Positions 29,481 to 42,801 of a DNA stretch of 64,000 nt are shown here, in pieces. A program made the position numbers and the translations under genes. Positions within the stretch are counted from its first letter, which is position 1, and every line of letters begins with the position of its first letter. The stretch lies in the NCBI GenBank assembly GCA_038881895.1, contig JAVZOV010000002.1, forward strand, positions 162,961-226,960, written 5' to 3'. The notes under the pieces are model-generated. The model saw nothing but the letters and a program-made list of their open reading frames with translations. It made no database searches and was not told the DNA's origin. This stretch comes from Thermoprotei archaeon (GTDB lineage: Archaea > Thermoproteota > Thermoprotei > Gearchaeales > WAQG01).

Positions 29481-30914
29481 CTATTTCTTTATTCTCCATA
29501 CTGTCCTGTCTTTGAAATCTTCTATCTCTATGCCGAGTCTTCTTAATTCTGAAGCTATCCAATCGGCTGTAGTGTAGTCTTTTGTTTTTCTATGATGTTG
29601 TCTGACCTCAATGAGCAAATCTATTACTTTTGATGTTAAATCTGTCTCACTAGTTTGTACTTGTGTTAATTGTTTTTCAAATAAACCGAATACTGCACCG
29701 AAGTCCTGGAAAAGATGCAGTGATTTATTTACTACAGCATACGTTGGATTATAGACTATGGTTCCTCTTACTATTGATTGTAGTTTATAAAGATATGTAA
29801 GTGCTAATGGAGTGTTGAAGTCATCAGCCATAGCTTCTATGAAGTTTTTCTCAATGTTTACTAAATCATTCATGATTAATAACTCTTTCTCATCTAGTTT
29901 GTATGATGGTTCTACTTCTTTGCTTATTTTTGTGAGAAGTTCTAATGAGGCTAAAAGTTTATCATAGCTTTGTGACGCATGTTCTAAACCTTCAAAATTA
30001 AATTCCAGTGGACTCCTGTATTGAGTTCCTATTAAGTATAATCTGAGAGCTTCGGGTTTGAATTTTGTTAATAATTCTTTTAGGGGAATCATGTTTCCCA
30101 TGGATTTCCCCATTCTTTGCCCAGAAACTGTGACTAAACCGGTGTGCATCCAGTATTTGACCCATCGATGTCCAAATAATGCTTCGCTCTGTGCTCTTTC
30201 ATTCTCATGATGCGGGAATATTAGATCTTGTCCTCCGCCATGTATATCAAATTCTTCTCCGAGATATTTGGTTGACATTACAGAGCATTCTATGTGCCAT
30301 CCAGGTCTTCCTTTACTCCATGGGCTATTCCAGTAAGGTTCGTTTGGTTTGAAAGACTTCCATAGCGCGAAGTCATAAGCTTTTCTTTTTCCTTCACCTG
30401 GCTCTACTGTTTTTAATTCCTCACGTTTTATTTTTGAAAGTTCGCCATAATTATTATACGAATCTACATTGAAATAGACACTACCATCTTGAGATACATA
30501 AGCACAACCTTTTTCAATTAGCCTTGTTATGAAATTTATTACATCATTTATATGTTCGGTTACTCGTGGCTGCACATACGCTCTTTTTATGAGTAATCTG
30601 TCCATATCCTCAAAGTATGCTTTTATATAATAATCAGCAATTTCTTTCCAGTCACGATTTTCTTTTATTGCACGATTTATTATCTTGTCATCTATATCTG
30701 TTATATTTTGAACATAAAATACACTATAGCCAATAAACTCAAAGAATCTTCTGACTATGTCGAACACTACATAGGTTCTTGCATGACCTACATGACTATG
30801 ATCATAGACCGTCGGTCCGCATACATACATTTTAACAATACCTGGTATAACAGGCTCGAACAACTCTTTACTTCCAGTTAATGTATTGTAAATTTGCATT
30901 TGCACATAATTCAC
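29481..30914 (-). CDS. cysS: Cysteine--tRNA ligase
   Basis: [34 protein letters not shown] (KMSKS variant). Confidence 0.97.
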   Translation of the reverse strand: MNYVQMQIYNTLTGSKELFEPVIPGIVKMYVCGPTVYDHSHVGHARTYVVFDIVRRFFEFIGYSVFYVQNITDIDDKIINRAIKENRDWKEIADYYIKAYFEDMDRLLIKRAYVQPRVTEHINDVINFITRLIEKGCAYVSQDGSVYFNVDSYNNYGELSKIKREELKTVEPGEGKRKAYDFALWKSFKPNEPYWNSPWSKGRPGWHIECSVMSTKYLGEEFDIHGGGQDLIFPHHENERAQSEALFGHRWVKYWMHTGLVTVSGQRMGKSMGNMIPLKELLTKFKPEALRLYLIGTQYRSPLEFNFEGLEHASQSYDKLLASLELLTKISKEVEPSYKLDEKELLIMNDLVNIEKNFIEAMADDFNTPLALTYLYKLQSIVRGTIVYNPTYAVVNKSLHLFQDFGAVFGLFEKQLTQVQTSETDLTSKVIDLLIEVRQHHRKTKDYTTADWIASELRRLGIEIEDFKDRTVWRIKK

Positions 30915-31072
30915 GCTCTTATTAAAATCAATAATCTATATTAAGCTTACTCGTTTAAAATTTTAACTAAAATTCTCAAAGTAACAGATAGTATCATGTT
31001 GAAATCCCCCTTGTTCTTACTTGACTATTTTTATAGAATAAATATAAAAAAATAATTATGATTTTTATGTCT

Positions 31073-31216
31073 TTACTTTACTGCTTTTCTGAAGTATGTT
31101 CCACAGTTTGTACACTTAAAGAGACCTATTGTTATTGGTTTTCTTCCTTTTGGAGCAAGTTGCCAACTCTTTTGTGGAGAGGCTACTTCAGTTCCACATT
31201 TTGGGCATTTCGCCAT
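31073..31216 (-). CDS. creN7: Cren7 chromatin protein, four-cysteine variant (47 aa; absent from ORF track)
   Basis: Manual translation [47 protein letters not shown], with the Cren7 signature PxKxWxLxPKGRK..IGLFK..G.YFR; upstream GAGGG RBS. Confidence 0.9.
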   Translation of the reverse strand: MAKCPKCGTEVASPQKSWQLAPKGRKPITIGLFKCTNCGTYFRKAVK

Positions 31217-31488
31217 TTTTTATCCCTCATTAATTAATGTATATCATGCCATATATAAACCTTTCCATAAAAAATGTTATATTCAATGAGATACATCAGA
31301 AATTATAATAATTATGAAAAATTATTTTCAAATATTTCAGTAATTTACATCAGATAAGTATATTATATAGTTGTATGCTTAGAATATAACTTATTATCAT
31401 CATTTAGTTCAATTATTCATCACAAATTACATAATTATATATGTTTTAAATATTAGCTAAAATATCATTAATTAAAAATATTATATTC

Positions 31489-32361
31489 TTAATTTCTTTC
31501 TTTCCATGGTTCTATCTGTATTGTCGAATGACTTATATTATATTTCTCTTTAAGCAATAAATTTATGCGAGAAAGTATTTCAGTTGCACTATTGAGATTG
31601 CTATCAGTAATTGCAACATGACATGTTAACATCATTATTTCTGGTGTTATACACCAAACATGAATATCATGGACATCTTTAACACCATCCACTCTCATCA
31701 ACGTTTCTTTCACATCCTCTAAACGTATGTTAGCAGGTACACTTTCAAGGAGCACATCAATAGCATTTTTTACTATGTGTACTCCTCCTCTTAAAATGAA
31801 TATTCCTATAATAATGCTTATTATAGTATCAGTGATATACATTTTTGTTGTCATGATAATAACACCTCCAGCAATTACAGTAACTGATTGTAAAGTATCA
31901 GTAACCACATGATAATAAGCTGATTTAACATTTAAATCAGCAGTTTGCTTTAATATTAATACCATGTAAAGATTAACAAGGAGTCCTATCATCGCAAATA
32001 CTAATAGAAGCATAGGGAGAACTTCTGGTGGATTAAATAATCTTACGTACGCCTCATAAAATATATAAAACGAGAGCAAAAAGAGTAGTAAACCGTTTAT
32101 AAAAGCTGCTATTATCCTGATTCTATGAAATCCATAAGTCATCTTGTTCGTAGGTAATCTATGAGATATTTTAATTGCCAGAAAACTTAGTGTAAGAGCA
32201 AATATATCAGTTAATACGTGTCCGGCATCACTTATTAAAGCTAAACTGTTACTTATGATACCCCCTATCACCTCAAATGCAAACAACGCAATACTAATAC
32301 CTAGTACAAGCAATAGTTTATTATCCTCCTTATACTTATGCACTAGACTATCATCATGCAT
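31489..32361 (-). CDS. Cation diffusion facilitator (CzcD-like)
   Basis: SLALISDAGHVLTD, TYGFHR, HVVTD, HDIHVW, HSTIQIE. Confidence 0.93.
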   Translation of the reverse strand: MHDDSLVHKYKEDNKLLLVLGISIALFAFEVIGGIISNSLALISDAGHVLTDIFALTLSFLAIKISHRLPTNKMTYGFHRIRIIAAFINGLLLFLLSFYIFYEAYVRLFNPPEVLPMLLLVFAMIGLLVNLYMVLILKQTADLNVKSAYYHVVTDTLQSVTVIAGGVIIMTTKMYITDTIISIIIGIFILRGGVHIVKNAIDVLLESVPANIRLEDVKETLMRVDGVKDVHDIHVWCITPEIMMLTCHVAITDSNLNSATEILSRINLLLKEKYNISHSTIQIEPWKERN

Positions 32362-32523
32362 TAACTGTCACATTATTTGTAACTAAAAACACTTATTTAA
32401 AAATAAACTTGGTTTAATACTTTTACCAACAAATACTTAAATATTCTTCAGGTTGTTATAGTCTTTATCTCACTGTGAGAGATTTAGTCTCTTTTGCTAA
32501 TTTTACCAAAAACTGGTATAGAT

Positions 32524-32787
32524 CTAATCCGCACTATACGTTTCTATATGAGACTCTGGATCATCATATGCCCCTAAATGTATGTTATGGTTTTTATGCT
32601 GATCAACATCATTAATGAACACGTCAGTTCTGCAAACACTACACCAGTAAAATTCAGACTCGCCTATTTTCATCTCTTTATAATCCGAACAGCTTTGATT
32701 GTGAAATCTTAGACCATGAAGCTTACATACACCTATTTGTACATAATGCATGTGAGGAAACCAGAATAAACAGCTTTTACAACTCAT
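32524..32787 (-). CDS. Small Cys/His-rich putative metal-binding protein
   Basis: CxxCxxW...CxxH...C and CxxC...HxxH motifs. Confidence 0.7.
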   Translation of the reverse strand: MSCKSCLFWFPHMHYVQIGVCKLHGLRFHNQSCSDYKEMKIGESEFYWCSVCRTDVFINDVDQHKNHNIHLGAYDDPESHIETYSAD

Positions 32788-33019
32788 AATATCTCATATA
32801 TATTAGTTAGACAAAAGTATATAAAAATATAATCATGACCTATCTCAATTCAGTAACTCAATTTTCTTATTTTGCTTAGGTTTCAGTTCTTTATTATGAG
32901 ACAGTTTTCTATATTGAAAGATAGCTTTTTTATTTATTTGCTCTTTGGATCACTGTACGAAAGTTTCTAATAGTATATGAGATGAAATATGATACTATGG
33001 TTATTATGAACTATCAGAT

Positions 33020-33838
33020 TTAAATACTATGTGTTAAATAATCAAATCTTCCTCCATCCACAACAATAGTTTGTCCTGTGATATATCTGGAAACATTTGA
33101 AGCAAGAAATACAGCAACTTTAGCAATGTCTTCTGGCTCTCCAGTAATATTTAACATTGTCTTTGATCTGATTAATTCTTTTGTTCTTGCTATCTCTTCT
33201 TGGTTTTTACTTCTAACAGTCATATCAGTGGAAATCCAACCTGGGGCAATTGCGTTTACACGTATGCCATACGAACCAAGTTCAAACGCTAATCTCTTAG
33301 TTAATATTATTAATGATGCTTTGGTTATTGCATAAAATGTTGTTCCTTGTAATGAGGTCCCTAATCCTGCAATAGAAGCAATATTAATTATTGCACCATT
33401 GTTCTTTTCCTTCATGTCAGAGAGCGTTTCTAATATTGTATAAATACTGCCAAAAAGATTGATCCTTAACATTTTTTCAAAATAATCCTCCCTATAATCC
33501 TCAAACTTCATAAGATGCAAGATTCCTGCATTATTTACTACAACATCAATCTTACCTAAGAGAGCATGTATTCTCTCAACCATCTCTTTAACTTGAACAC
33601 GATCAGATATGTCAGCCTTAAATATCTCAACTCTTCTGCCAAGTTCTTTCTTTAATCTTTTTGCTAATTCTTCATTAGTATTGTAATTCACAGCAATTAT
33701 TGAACCGTGTCTATGAAACTCTTTAGCTATCGCATGACCTATTCCTCTAGATGCTCCAGTAATTAAAACTATTTTATTTTTAAGATCCTCATATAAATTA
33801 TTTATTTCTAAGGTTCTCATATAAATTGCTGTTATCAA
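33020..33838 (-). CDS. Short-chain dehydrogenase/reductase (FabG-like)
   Basis: TGASRGIG, NNAG, YAITK. Confidence 0.93.
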   Translation of the reverse strand: MITAIYMRTLEINNLYEDLKNKIVLITGASRGIGHAIAKEFHRHGSIIAVNYNTNEELAKRLKKELGRRVEIFKADISDRVQVKEMVERIHALLGKIDVVVNNAGILHLMKFEDYREDYFEKMLRINLFGSIYTILETLSDMKEKNNGAIINIASIAGLGTSLQGTTFYAITKASLIILTKRLAFELGSYGIRVNAIAPGWISTDMTVRSKNQEEIARTKELIRSKTMLNITGEPEDIAKVAVFLASNVSRYITGQTIVVDGGRFDYLTHSI

Positions 33839-34063
33839 TGCAAGTTAATAAATTTTTCAGTATACGAAAATATCATAAACTCGGTGTCATAATTAATGGA
33901 ATTTAATAATCAGAAAACTTCTACATTTTAGATGATTAACTATGATAGCAAAAAATATTTTAGAATAGCTATGAAAAAATAAAGTCAAAGAATGAACTTC
34001 TTGTAGCCAGAAAAATTAAAACAACATCAAAAACCTTTTATTTTAGCTGTTATATTATTATAT

Positions 34064-34384
34064 GTGCGGTGGTGGTAGGGCTAGGGGGCTCGGCCTCCCC
34101 ACTCAGCAAATGGTCGATATGGCTGAGCCAGTAACCCCAGTGTAAGTAGAGGTATAGATTAATGGGGTCGTGCCATAAACAATGACCATTCACCCTGCGG
34201 GATCTCCGTAGGGAGATAGCCCCTTTGGAGGAAGGGGTAAATCTTCCTAACCGTCCGAACCGAGTTAGGTCCGGAAGGGAGCGGCTCTAAGGACGGGCGG
34301 GGATGTTCGCAGGTCATGGATGGGAGCGGAGGCACGGTATACCATGATCTATATCTCTACCGAATCTGGGGAGCACCACCGCAC
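34064..34384 (+). ncRNA. ffs: Archaeal signal recognition particle (7S) RNA
   Basis: ~320 nt GC-rich; terminal helix GTGCGGTGGTG / CACCACCGCAC; helix-8 motif AGGTCC-GGAA-GGGAGC; upstream TATA-like TTTTATT. Confidence 0.92.
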
Positions 34385-34496
34385 TATTCAAACACTTCTG
34401 CAATAAGCTCATTATAATACAATTAAACCAAAAAGTAAAAACCATAACTTTATGAAGTAATGCTGCATCTTATAAGTGATTCATCGGTGATATTGT

Positions 34497-35498
34497 CTAT
34501 GTTGTTATTCCAAGTTCTTCTAGGAGTTCGCATGCCCTGCATAGATCACCGGTTGATGTTGGTTCGCCGCAACGTTTGCAGAATTTAATTTGTGGTTCTT
34601 TTATGACGTTGTTAATGTTTACTGTTTCTATTATAAAGCTTGGTTGATATACCTCTGGTTTGATTTGTTCCAGAATGTTATCGACTGATTTTACTAGATT
34701 GTATTTGAATCCTGGTTGTGTTTTTTCTAGGTCGTTAAGGAACTTACGTAGTTTTCCTCTTAGAGAAAGTTCTACGTAGGGACATTCTTGTTCAAATGAT
34801 GGCATGTTTTTTAGGTATGCATAGAGCGTGATTTCGTTTTCTGGAACATATCTTAATGGTTTTACTCTTGGTATGAAACCTGGTAAATCTTTTATTGGTT
34901 TTGGTCCAACTCTTAGCAGTCTTTCTATATTGTTTCGTCCCATATTCATTAAAATTGTTTGAGCCTCATCGTCTAGATTGTGTCCTGTGGCTACTTTCGT
35001 GGCTCCTAATTGTTTTGCAACTGTGTTAAGTAATCTTCTTCGCATGACTCCACAGTATGAGCAAGGATTGAGACCTGTTTTTCTTTTGTTTGCTTCTTGT
35101 ACTATTTCGCTTAATGTGTATCCATATTCTTTTTTGAAGTGGAACACATAGTGCTCTATTTTTCTTCCTCCATCGTTTGTTGCTATATTTATCACTTCTT
35201 TTACTATTTTTTCTCGATTTTCGCTGTATTGTGGTATTCCCTCTATTATTGTTACTGCAAAGAGATCTGCTGCTGGGTAATTTTTCTCGATCTTGCTAAG
35301 TATGTATAGTAGTACTGAACTATCCTTACCTCCTGATGCAGCAATCATTATTTTATCATTCCATGTGAAAAGGTTGTTTTTGTTTATGTTTCTTTTCACA
35401 TTCTCTTCTATTGAGTGTACAAAGTGTGATTCACAAAGTGTTTCTGCTGTGTGCGCTCTATAATAGAATGCTGATTTTCCACATTTACATACCTTCAT
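34497..35498 (-). CDS. ncsA: tRNA 2-thiolation protein (TtuA/Ncs6/NcsA family)
   Basis: N- and C-terminal Zn fingers, SGGKDS PP-loop, CSYCG, TGHNLDD. Confidence 0.88.
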   Translation of the reverse strand: MKVCKCGKSAFYYRAHTAETLCESHFVHSIEENVKRNINKNNLFTWNDKIMIAASGGKDSSVLLYILSKIEKNYPAADLFAVTIIEGIPQYSENREKIVKEVINIATNDGGRKIEHYVFHFKKEYGYTLSEIVQEANKRKTGLNPCSYCGVMRRRLLNTVAKQLGATKVATGHNLDDEAQTILMNMGRNNIERLLRVGPKPIKDLPGFIPRVKPLRYVPENEITLYAYLKNMPSFEQECPYVELSLRGKLRKFLNDLEKTQPGFKYNLVKSVDNILEQIKPEVYQPSFIIETVNINNVIKEPQIKFCKRCGEPTSTGDLCRACELLEELGITT

Positions 35499-36665
35499 CT
35501 ATATCACTCTTATACTAAAAGCCATATTAGTTATTAGTAACATGATTGCTGTAATGCGCAATAATGTTATTGTTATGTTGCTTAAAAATCCTTTCTTATA
35601 GCTGAGGATTTCGTAAAATATTTTATCTCCATCCAATCCTGGTATTGGTAATGAATTAAAAATTGCTACGCTGAGTGAAATTAAATTTCCCCATGCAAGG
35701 AATGAAATTATCCAATATGGTATTATCGGATCCAAACCGAACTTTGGTTTATAATAATTATAGACACCTATCCCTATAATTCCGCGAGATGCATTGGTAG
35801 GGTGTGGTATTAGTTTTATTGTAACATTCCTTATTATATTATCATGCTCAAGTGTTATTATTAGTGTTTGACCTGGAGCAGCATTAGCTAAATATGCTGT
35901 GAATTCTTGAATGTTTTTGATTAACGTTCCGTTAAGCGCTATTATTACGTCTCCTAGCTGTATATTTGCATTGCTTGCTGGCGAGTTTTGTAGGACGTCT
36001 GAAATATAAATTCCTTCGGGTTGTGCGGAGTAGCCCCACGACCACAATAATGGCGCGTTAAGTAGTAGTATGAAGAGTATGATCCATGTAAGGAAGTTAA
36101 CAAATGTTCCAGCACTGAATGTGAGTAATCTGTCTGTTTTTTTAGCTTTATTTGCTGATTCCTCATCTATTTCAACAAATCCTGCTGGAAAGAATGCGAA
36201 AAGTGCAAAACCAACCCATTTAACTTTTATTCCACGCGCTGAAGCTACTATAGCGTGTGCTATTTCATGTGTGGCTAGTATTATGCCTACTATTATAAAG
36301 AATATTATAAATTCGTCTAATGTAAAGTTTATTGTAACACCTGGCACTATTGGTACTACTGGTGATGATGGGCCTGTTTGTGGATAGATAAAACGTATTA
36401 GGTTTTGTGCTAAAAAGTAAAAGCCGAATAATGCCAATCCTAAAGAGTAAAATAATGCTAGGTATCCGAACGTTGACCATGCCAGTGTGCGTTTTGTACC
36501 CATTTTGATTAATTTTTCACCCTTAGATAACCTCCAAATAAATATGAATGGGTACATCGTAATTCCTTTTTCTCTTAATCTTTTTTTAATAAATGGTATT
36601 ATAGATATTATGTATGCTGTTACCCATGCTATTGTAAGATATATTAGAGGTTGTATTGCTACCAC
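35499..36665 (-). CDS. Site-2 (M50) intramembrane metalloprotease with PDZ domain
   Basis: HEIAH, AGTFVN, PDZ (SPASNANIQLGDVI), NSLPIPGLDG. Confidence 0.92.
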   Translation of the reverse strand: MVAIQPLIYLTIAWVTAYIISIIPFIKKRLREKGITMYPFIFIWRLSKGEKLIKMGTKRTLAWSTFGYLALFYSLGLALFGFYFLAQNLIRFIYPQTGPSSPVVPIVPGVTINFTLDEFIIFFIIVGIILATHEIAHAIVASARGIKVKWVGFALFAFFPAGFVEIDEESANKAKKTDRLLTFSAGTFVNFLTWIILFILLLNAPLLWSWGYSAQPEGIYISDVLQNSPASNANIQLGDVIIALNGTLIKNIQEFTAYLANAAPGQTLIITLEHDNIIRNVTIKLIPHPTNASRGIIGIGVYNYYKPKFGLDPIIPYWIISFLAWGNLISLSVAIFNSLPIPGLDGDKIFYEILSYKKGFLSNITITLLRITAIMLLITNMAFSIRVI

Positions 36666-36740
36666 TAACTCGCACCAAGCTTTTAAAACTTTTAATAATT
36701 TAAAGTTTAACTAAATGTAATATATCACCACATTAATTAC

Positions 36741-37463
36741 TCATAATAGACGTTTTTTAAGAGCTGGTTTTTTACTAATTAGATGACGTAAAGCTTGTTC
36801 TATACTTTCATTAGGAGCTAGCGTGTAATCTATGTAAAGGCCAGTACGGCCTATTTGGTTTCTTCTGAGTAACACTCTTTTTCTTTCTAAAACAGTTTCA
36901 ATATCAATATTTAATAGCTTCGCTACGAAACTTTCCTGACCTATAATAGGCATTTCGATATGTCCTTTTGGAGTGGGTTGTATTAGCATTAAACGTTTAT
37001 CAACGCCAGGCACTCGTACATTATTCTTTAACTCATCATAACCTACTTCACCACCAAATTTATAAAAATCGTGCTCTGTTTTGTGCAATACATCTAATGG
37101 TATTGTTATTGAAGTATACCTATCTATAACGAGTTGTAGTTTTGGAATATGGAACGGTGTTGCTTGAATTATTTTCCTGACGATCACTGAAAAACCGTTT
37201 GTTTCTAATAAACTGAGCACTATGCCTTCTCCAATTGTATGTAACAAATATATATCTATATCACTGTCGGGTTCTACATCACCTCTAGCAATACTTCCAT
37301 GAACGTATGCAGAAATACCATTATCTTTAAACATTTCAATAATCTTCAATGCATGTGAACGCTTCTCACGCAGAATATTCCATCGCTTATCGTCGTAAAT
37401 GATTTCAGCAACTTCACCTTTGACTCTAGGAATTATTTTTCTTTTCCCTTTAACTCTTTCCAC
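36741..37463 (-). CDS. Archaeal Pol-beta-like nucleotidyltransferase
   Basis: HGSIARGDVEPDSDIDI, QATP, VPGVDKRL, GRTG. Confidence 0.85.
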   Translation of the reverse strand: MERVKGKRKIIPRVKGEVAEIIYDDKRWNILREKRSHALKIIEMFKDNGISAYVHGSIARGDVEPDSDIDIYLLHTIGEGIVLSLLETNGFSVIVRKIIQATPFHIPKLQLVIDRYTSITIPLDVLHKTEHDFYKFGGEVGYDELKNNVRVPGVDKRLMLIQPTPKGHIEMPIIGQESFVAKLLNIDIETVLERKRVLLRRNQIGRTGLYIDYTLAPNESIEQALRHLISKKPALKKRLL

Positions 37464-37521
37464 GGTTGATATATTTCTTTAACGTATATTTGTATTTATT
37501 TAGAAAAAATAGAGATAATGC

Positions 37522-37773
37522 TTATACTTTTCGTAACTTATTTACATCCTTTAATATACTGCTAATGTTATTTTCGTTTAGTTCTTCTAACCTACTTCCC
37601 TGATTGTCATATAGAAAGATCTTATTTTCATCCTCGTCTCTTACCTTCGCATGATCTCCGTGGCATATTGGATATGTTTGGCTTAATCCGCACATACAAA
37701 TGTGTATCGTTTCTCCATTCGGAGTTTTATAAAGATATGGCCTCTTTGCAGTATGAAATATCACTCTCATCAT
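37522..37773 (-). CDS. CDGSH-type iron-sulfur domain protein
   Basis: CMCGLSQTYPICHGDH (C-x-C-x2-S-x3-P-x-C-x-G-x-H). Confidence 0.85.
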   Translation of the reverse strand: MMRVIFHTAKRPYLYKTPNGETIHICMCGLSQTYPICHGDHAKVRDEDENKIFLYDNQGSRLEELNENNISSILKDVNKLRKV

Positions 37774-37953
37774 AGATCAAAATCAATAGACTAATGAGTA
37801 AATATAAACTTAACTCTCGATCATAAGTTTTTGCTAATAACTCACTATTTAAACCTTTATTACTATGGTATAGTATTAAATGAACAAGTGATAATGTACG
37901 TTGTTGTAGTTTGTAAAAGTTTATTAATGTTGTTTTTGCATTTTTGAGATAGT

Positions 37954-38322
37954 ATGAGAATGCATAGACTTGAGGTTATAGGTCTTTTAGCAGAGTTTGC
38001 TGGTCATTGTGCACATTGTGATAATGTTATGATGGCGTTCAAAATCAATCCTGTTAAAGGCCAGTACTATGAATATCCGGAGCATGTTAGGGTTGAGCAG
38101 GAGAAGTTGTCTGATTTAATCGTGAGAGTTGCTATGGATTATGCTCCAAATCTTTTTGTAGTAATTTATAATTCATTTTCACCGAGTGGATTTTTCAAAC
38201 TAATTAGACATAGAATATTGCGTGAACCTGCTTTTATATTGGATGGAAAAGTTCTAATAAAAGGGCGTATTCCAGAGTATCAAGAACTTAAAGAAATGTT
38301 AGATAAGAGTACCAAAAGTTAA
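37954..38322 (+). CDS. Thioredoxin-fold hypothetical protein
   Basis: CAHC motif; C-terminal PAFILDGK...GRIP typical of thioredoxin-like folds. Confidence 0.65.
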   Translation: MRMHRLEVIGLLAEFAGHCAHCDNVMMAFKINPVKGQYYEYPEHVRVEQEKLSDLIVRVAMDYAPNLFVVIYNSFSPSGFFKLIRHRILREPAFILDGKVLIKGRIPEYQELKEMLDKSTKS

Positions 38323-38339
38323 TAATTATTAATGCCCAA

Positions 38340-39344
38340 TTATTGGAGTTGGGGTATAGTTTTTGATGAACTATGCTCAAAGGTTGATGCCTTGGGATCT
38401 ATAATTTTCTTGGCTCTGTTAACTGCTATTGCTGCCTGACCAAAGCCTACTGCTAACAAATTATATTTTGTCCCGTCGATGGGTGACGCTATATCTCCAG
38501 CAGCAAATACTCTTGGAAGGTTTGTCTCCATGTTAGCGTTTACTTTGATACCTTTCTCATCCATCTGTAAGCCCCATGTTCTTAATGGTCCTAGATCTGC
38601 CTTGTATCCTATAAACATAAGGATTGCATCTACAGGTAATCTAGTCGTCTCTTTAGTTCTGTTATCAAAAACTACCGCTTCACGTACCCATGTATCACCC
38701 TTTACTTCTCCTAGCTCCGTGAAAAGTTTTATTTCGATACCGGATTTAAATAATTCTTCTACGCTCTTTTCATGAGCCCTGAAAACATCCCTTCTATGTA
38801 TTAGAGTAATTTTTTCTGCTATATCTTTTAGGTTAAGGGCCCAATCTACTGCTGAATCACCACCACCTACGATAAGTATCTTTTTACCTCTGAAGTCTTC
38901 TCTTCTTTGTACAGAATAAAAGACACCCCTATTCTCGAACCTTAAAATCCCTGGCACGTTTAATTTATTAGGTATAAAAGAACCAATGCCTGCACATATT
39001 AAAACAGTCTTAGTTAAATGAGTGTCTTTATTGGTTAATATTTCAATTATCTGGTCATCTTTATAGTTTAGCGCTATGGCTTGTTCGTTAAATCGAAAGA
39101 CAGGGTTAAATTGTGATGCCTGTTCCACTAATTTTTCTATAAGTTCTTTAGCAGTAATTTTAACAAAACCAGGCACATCATAAATATATTTCTCTGGATA
39201 AAGTGCTGTTAGTTGGCCTCCTGGATTATCCATTATTTCTATTATCTTGGTCTTCATTTCACGTAAACCTGCATAAAACGCTGCAAATAATCCTACAGGG
39301 CCAGCTCCTATTATTGTTATATCATAGACTTGATTATCGCTCAT
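38340..39344 (-). CDS. Ferredoxin--NADP+ reductase (TrxB-like, YumC type)
   Basis: GAGPVG, GGQLTALYPEKYIYDVPG, GGGDSAVDWA, HRRD; no CxxC. Confidence 0.9.
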   Translation of the reverse strand: MSDNQVYDITIIGAGPVGLFAAFYAGLREMKTKIIEIMDNPGGQLTALYPEKYIYDVPGFVKITAKELIEKLVEQASQFNPVFRFNEQAIALNYKDDQIIEILTNKDTHLTKTVLICAGIGSFIPNKLNVPGILRFENRGVFYSVQRREDFRGKKILIVGGGDSAVDWALNLKDIAEKITLIHRRDVFRAHEKSVEELFKSGIEIKLFTELGEVKGDTWVREAVVFDNRTKETTRLPVDAILMFIGYKADLGPLRTWGLQMDEKGIKVNANMETNLPRVFAAGDIASPIDGTKYNLLAVGFGQAAIAVNRAKKIIDPKASTFEHSSSKTIPQLQ

Positions 39345-39406
39345 TGCTCACCAAGAATACCATAAAGATTAGAGAATATAAAATTTAGTAAATAGGTAAA
39401 AATTAG

Positions 39407-42305
<2,899 letters not shown>

Positions 42306-42666
42306 ATCTTAATACGCTCCACGTTTATAACAATATTAATAAGTATAAATTTATCGTAAGCTAAATAAAAATTAATATGCAATAAACATGGTAGAAATGA
42401 TTAAAAGTATTAAATACAACATAAGAGAGTATTTATTATAAAATTAAACTAATATAACTAATCAAATATATTAATAAGCGATTTTAATATTACTATATTT
42501 CTACAAAGAATAATTTAAATATTAATGATATTTTATACTAAGACAACTTTTCTTTAGTATCATAAATGTTTCATCAATATTTTTATCTTACACATCTAAT
42601 TAACGTAGGATACCTGTTTCTTTACAATAATCATAGGTAGTATGATGAATAAGTTAGATAATACTG

Positions 42667-42770
42667 TGTTCAAATTCTAATTGTTTTGTTCAGATCAATT
42701 TTAAGTGAACATTATTATTATTGTGTTTGAACATTTGAACAATTTGAGTAAACATGTGAACATTTAAATA
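42667..42770 (+). repeat. TGAACA repeat array overlapping the promoter of the orphan coiled-coil gene
   Basis: TGTTCA at 42667 and 42687; TGAACA at 42706, 42728, 42736 and 42757; TAAACA at 42749; TTTAAATA box at 42763-42770. Confidence 0.65.
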
Positions 42771-42801
42771 TATGTGATAACATTACTATTAGTGTGCTCT
42801 A

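Noticed and set aside
31290..31430. Three CATCA(G/C)A(A/T)A repeats upstream of Cren7
   Set aside because: Short, irregularly spaced, in very AT-rich DNA
42306..42660. AT-rich spacer as a replication origin
   Set aside because: No ORB-like boxes and no adjacent orc1/cdc6 gene
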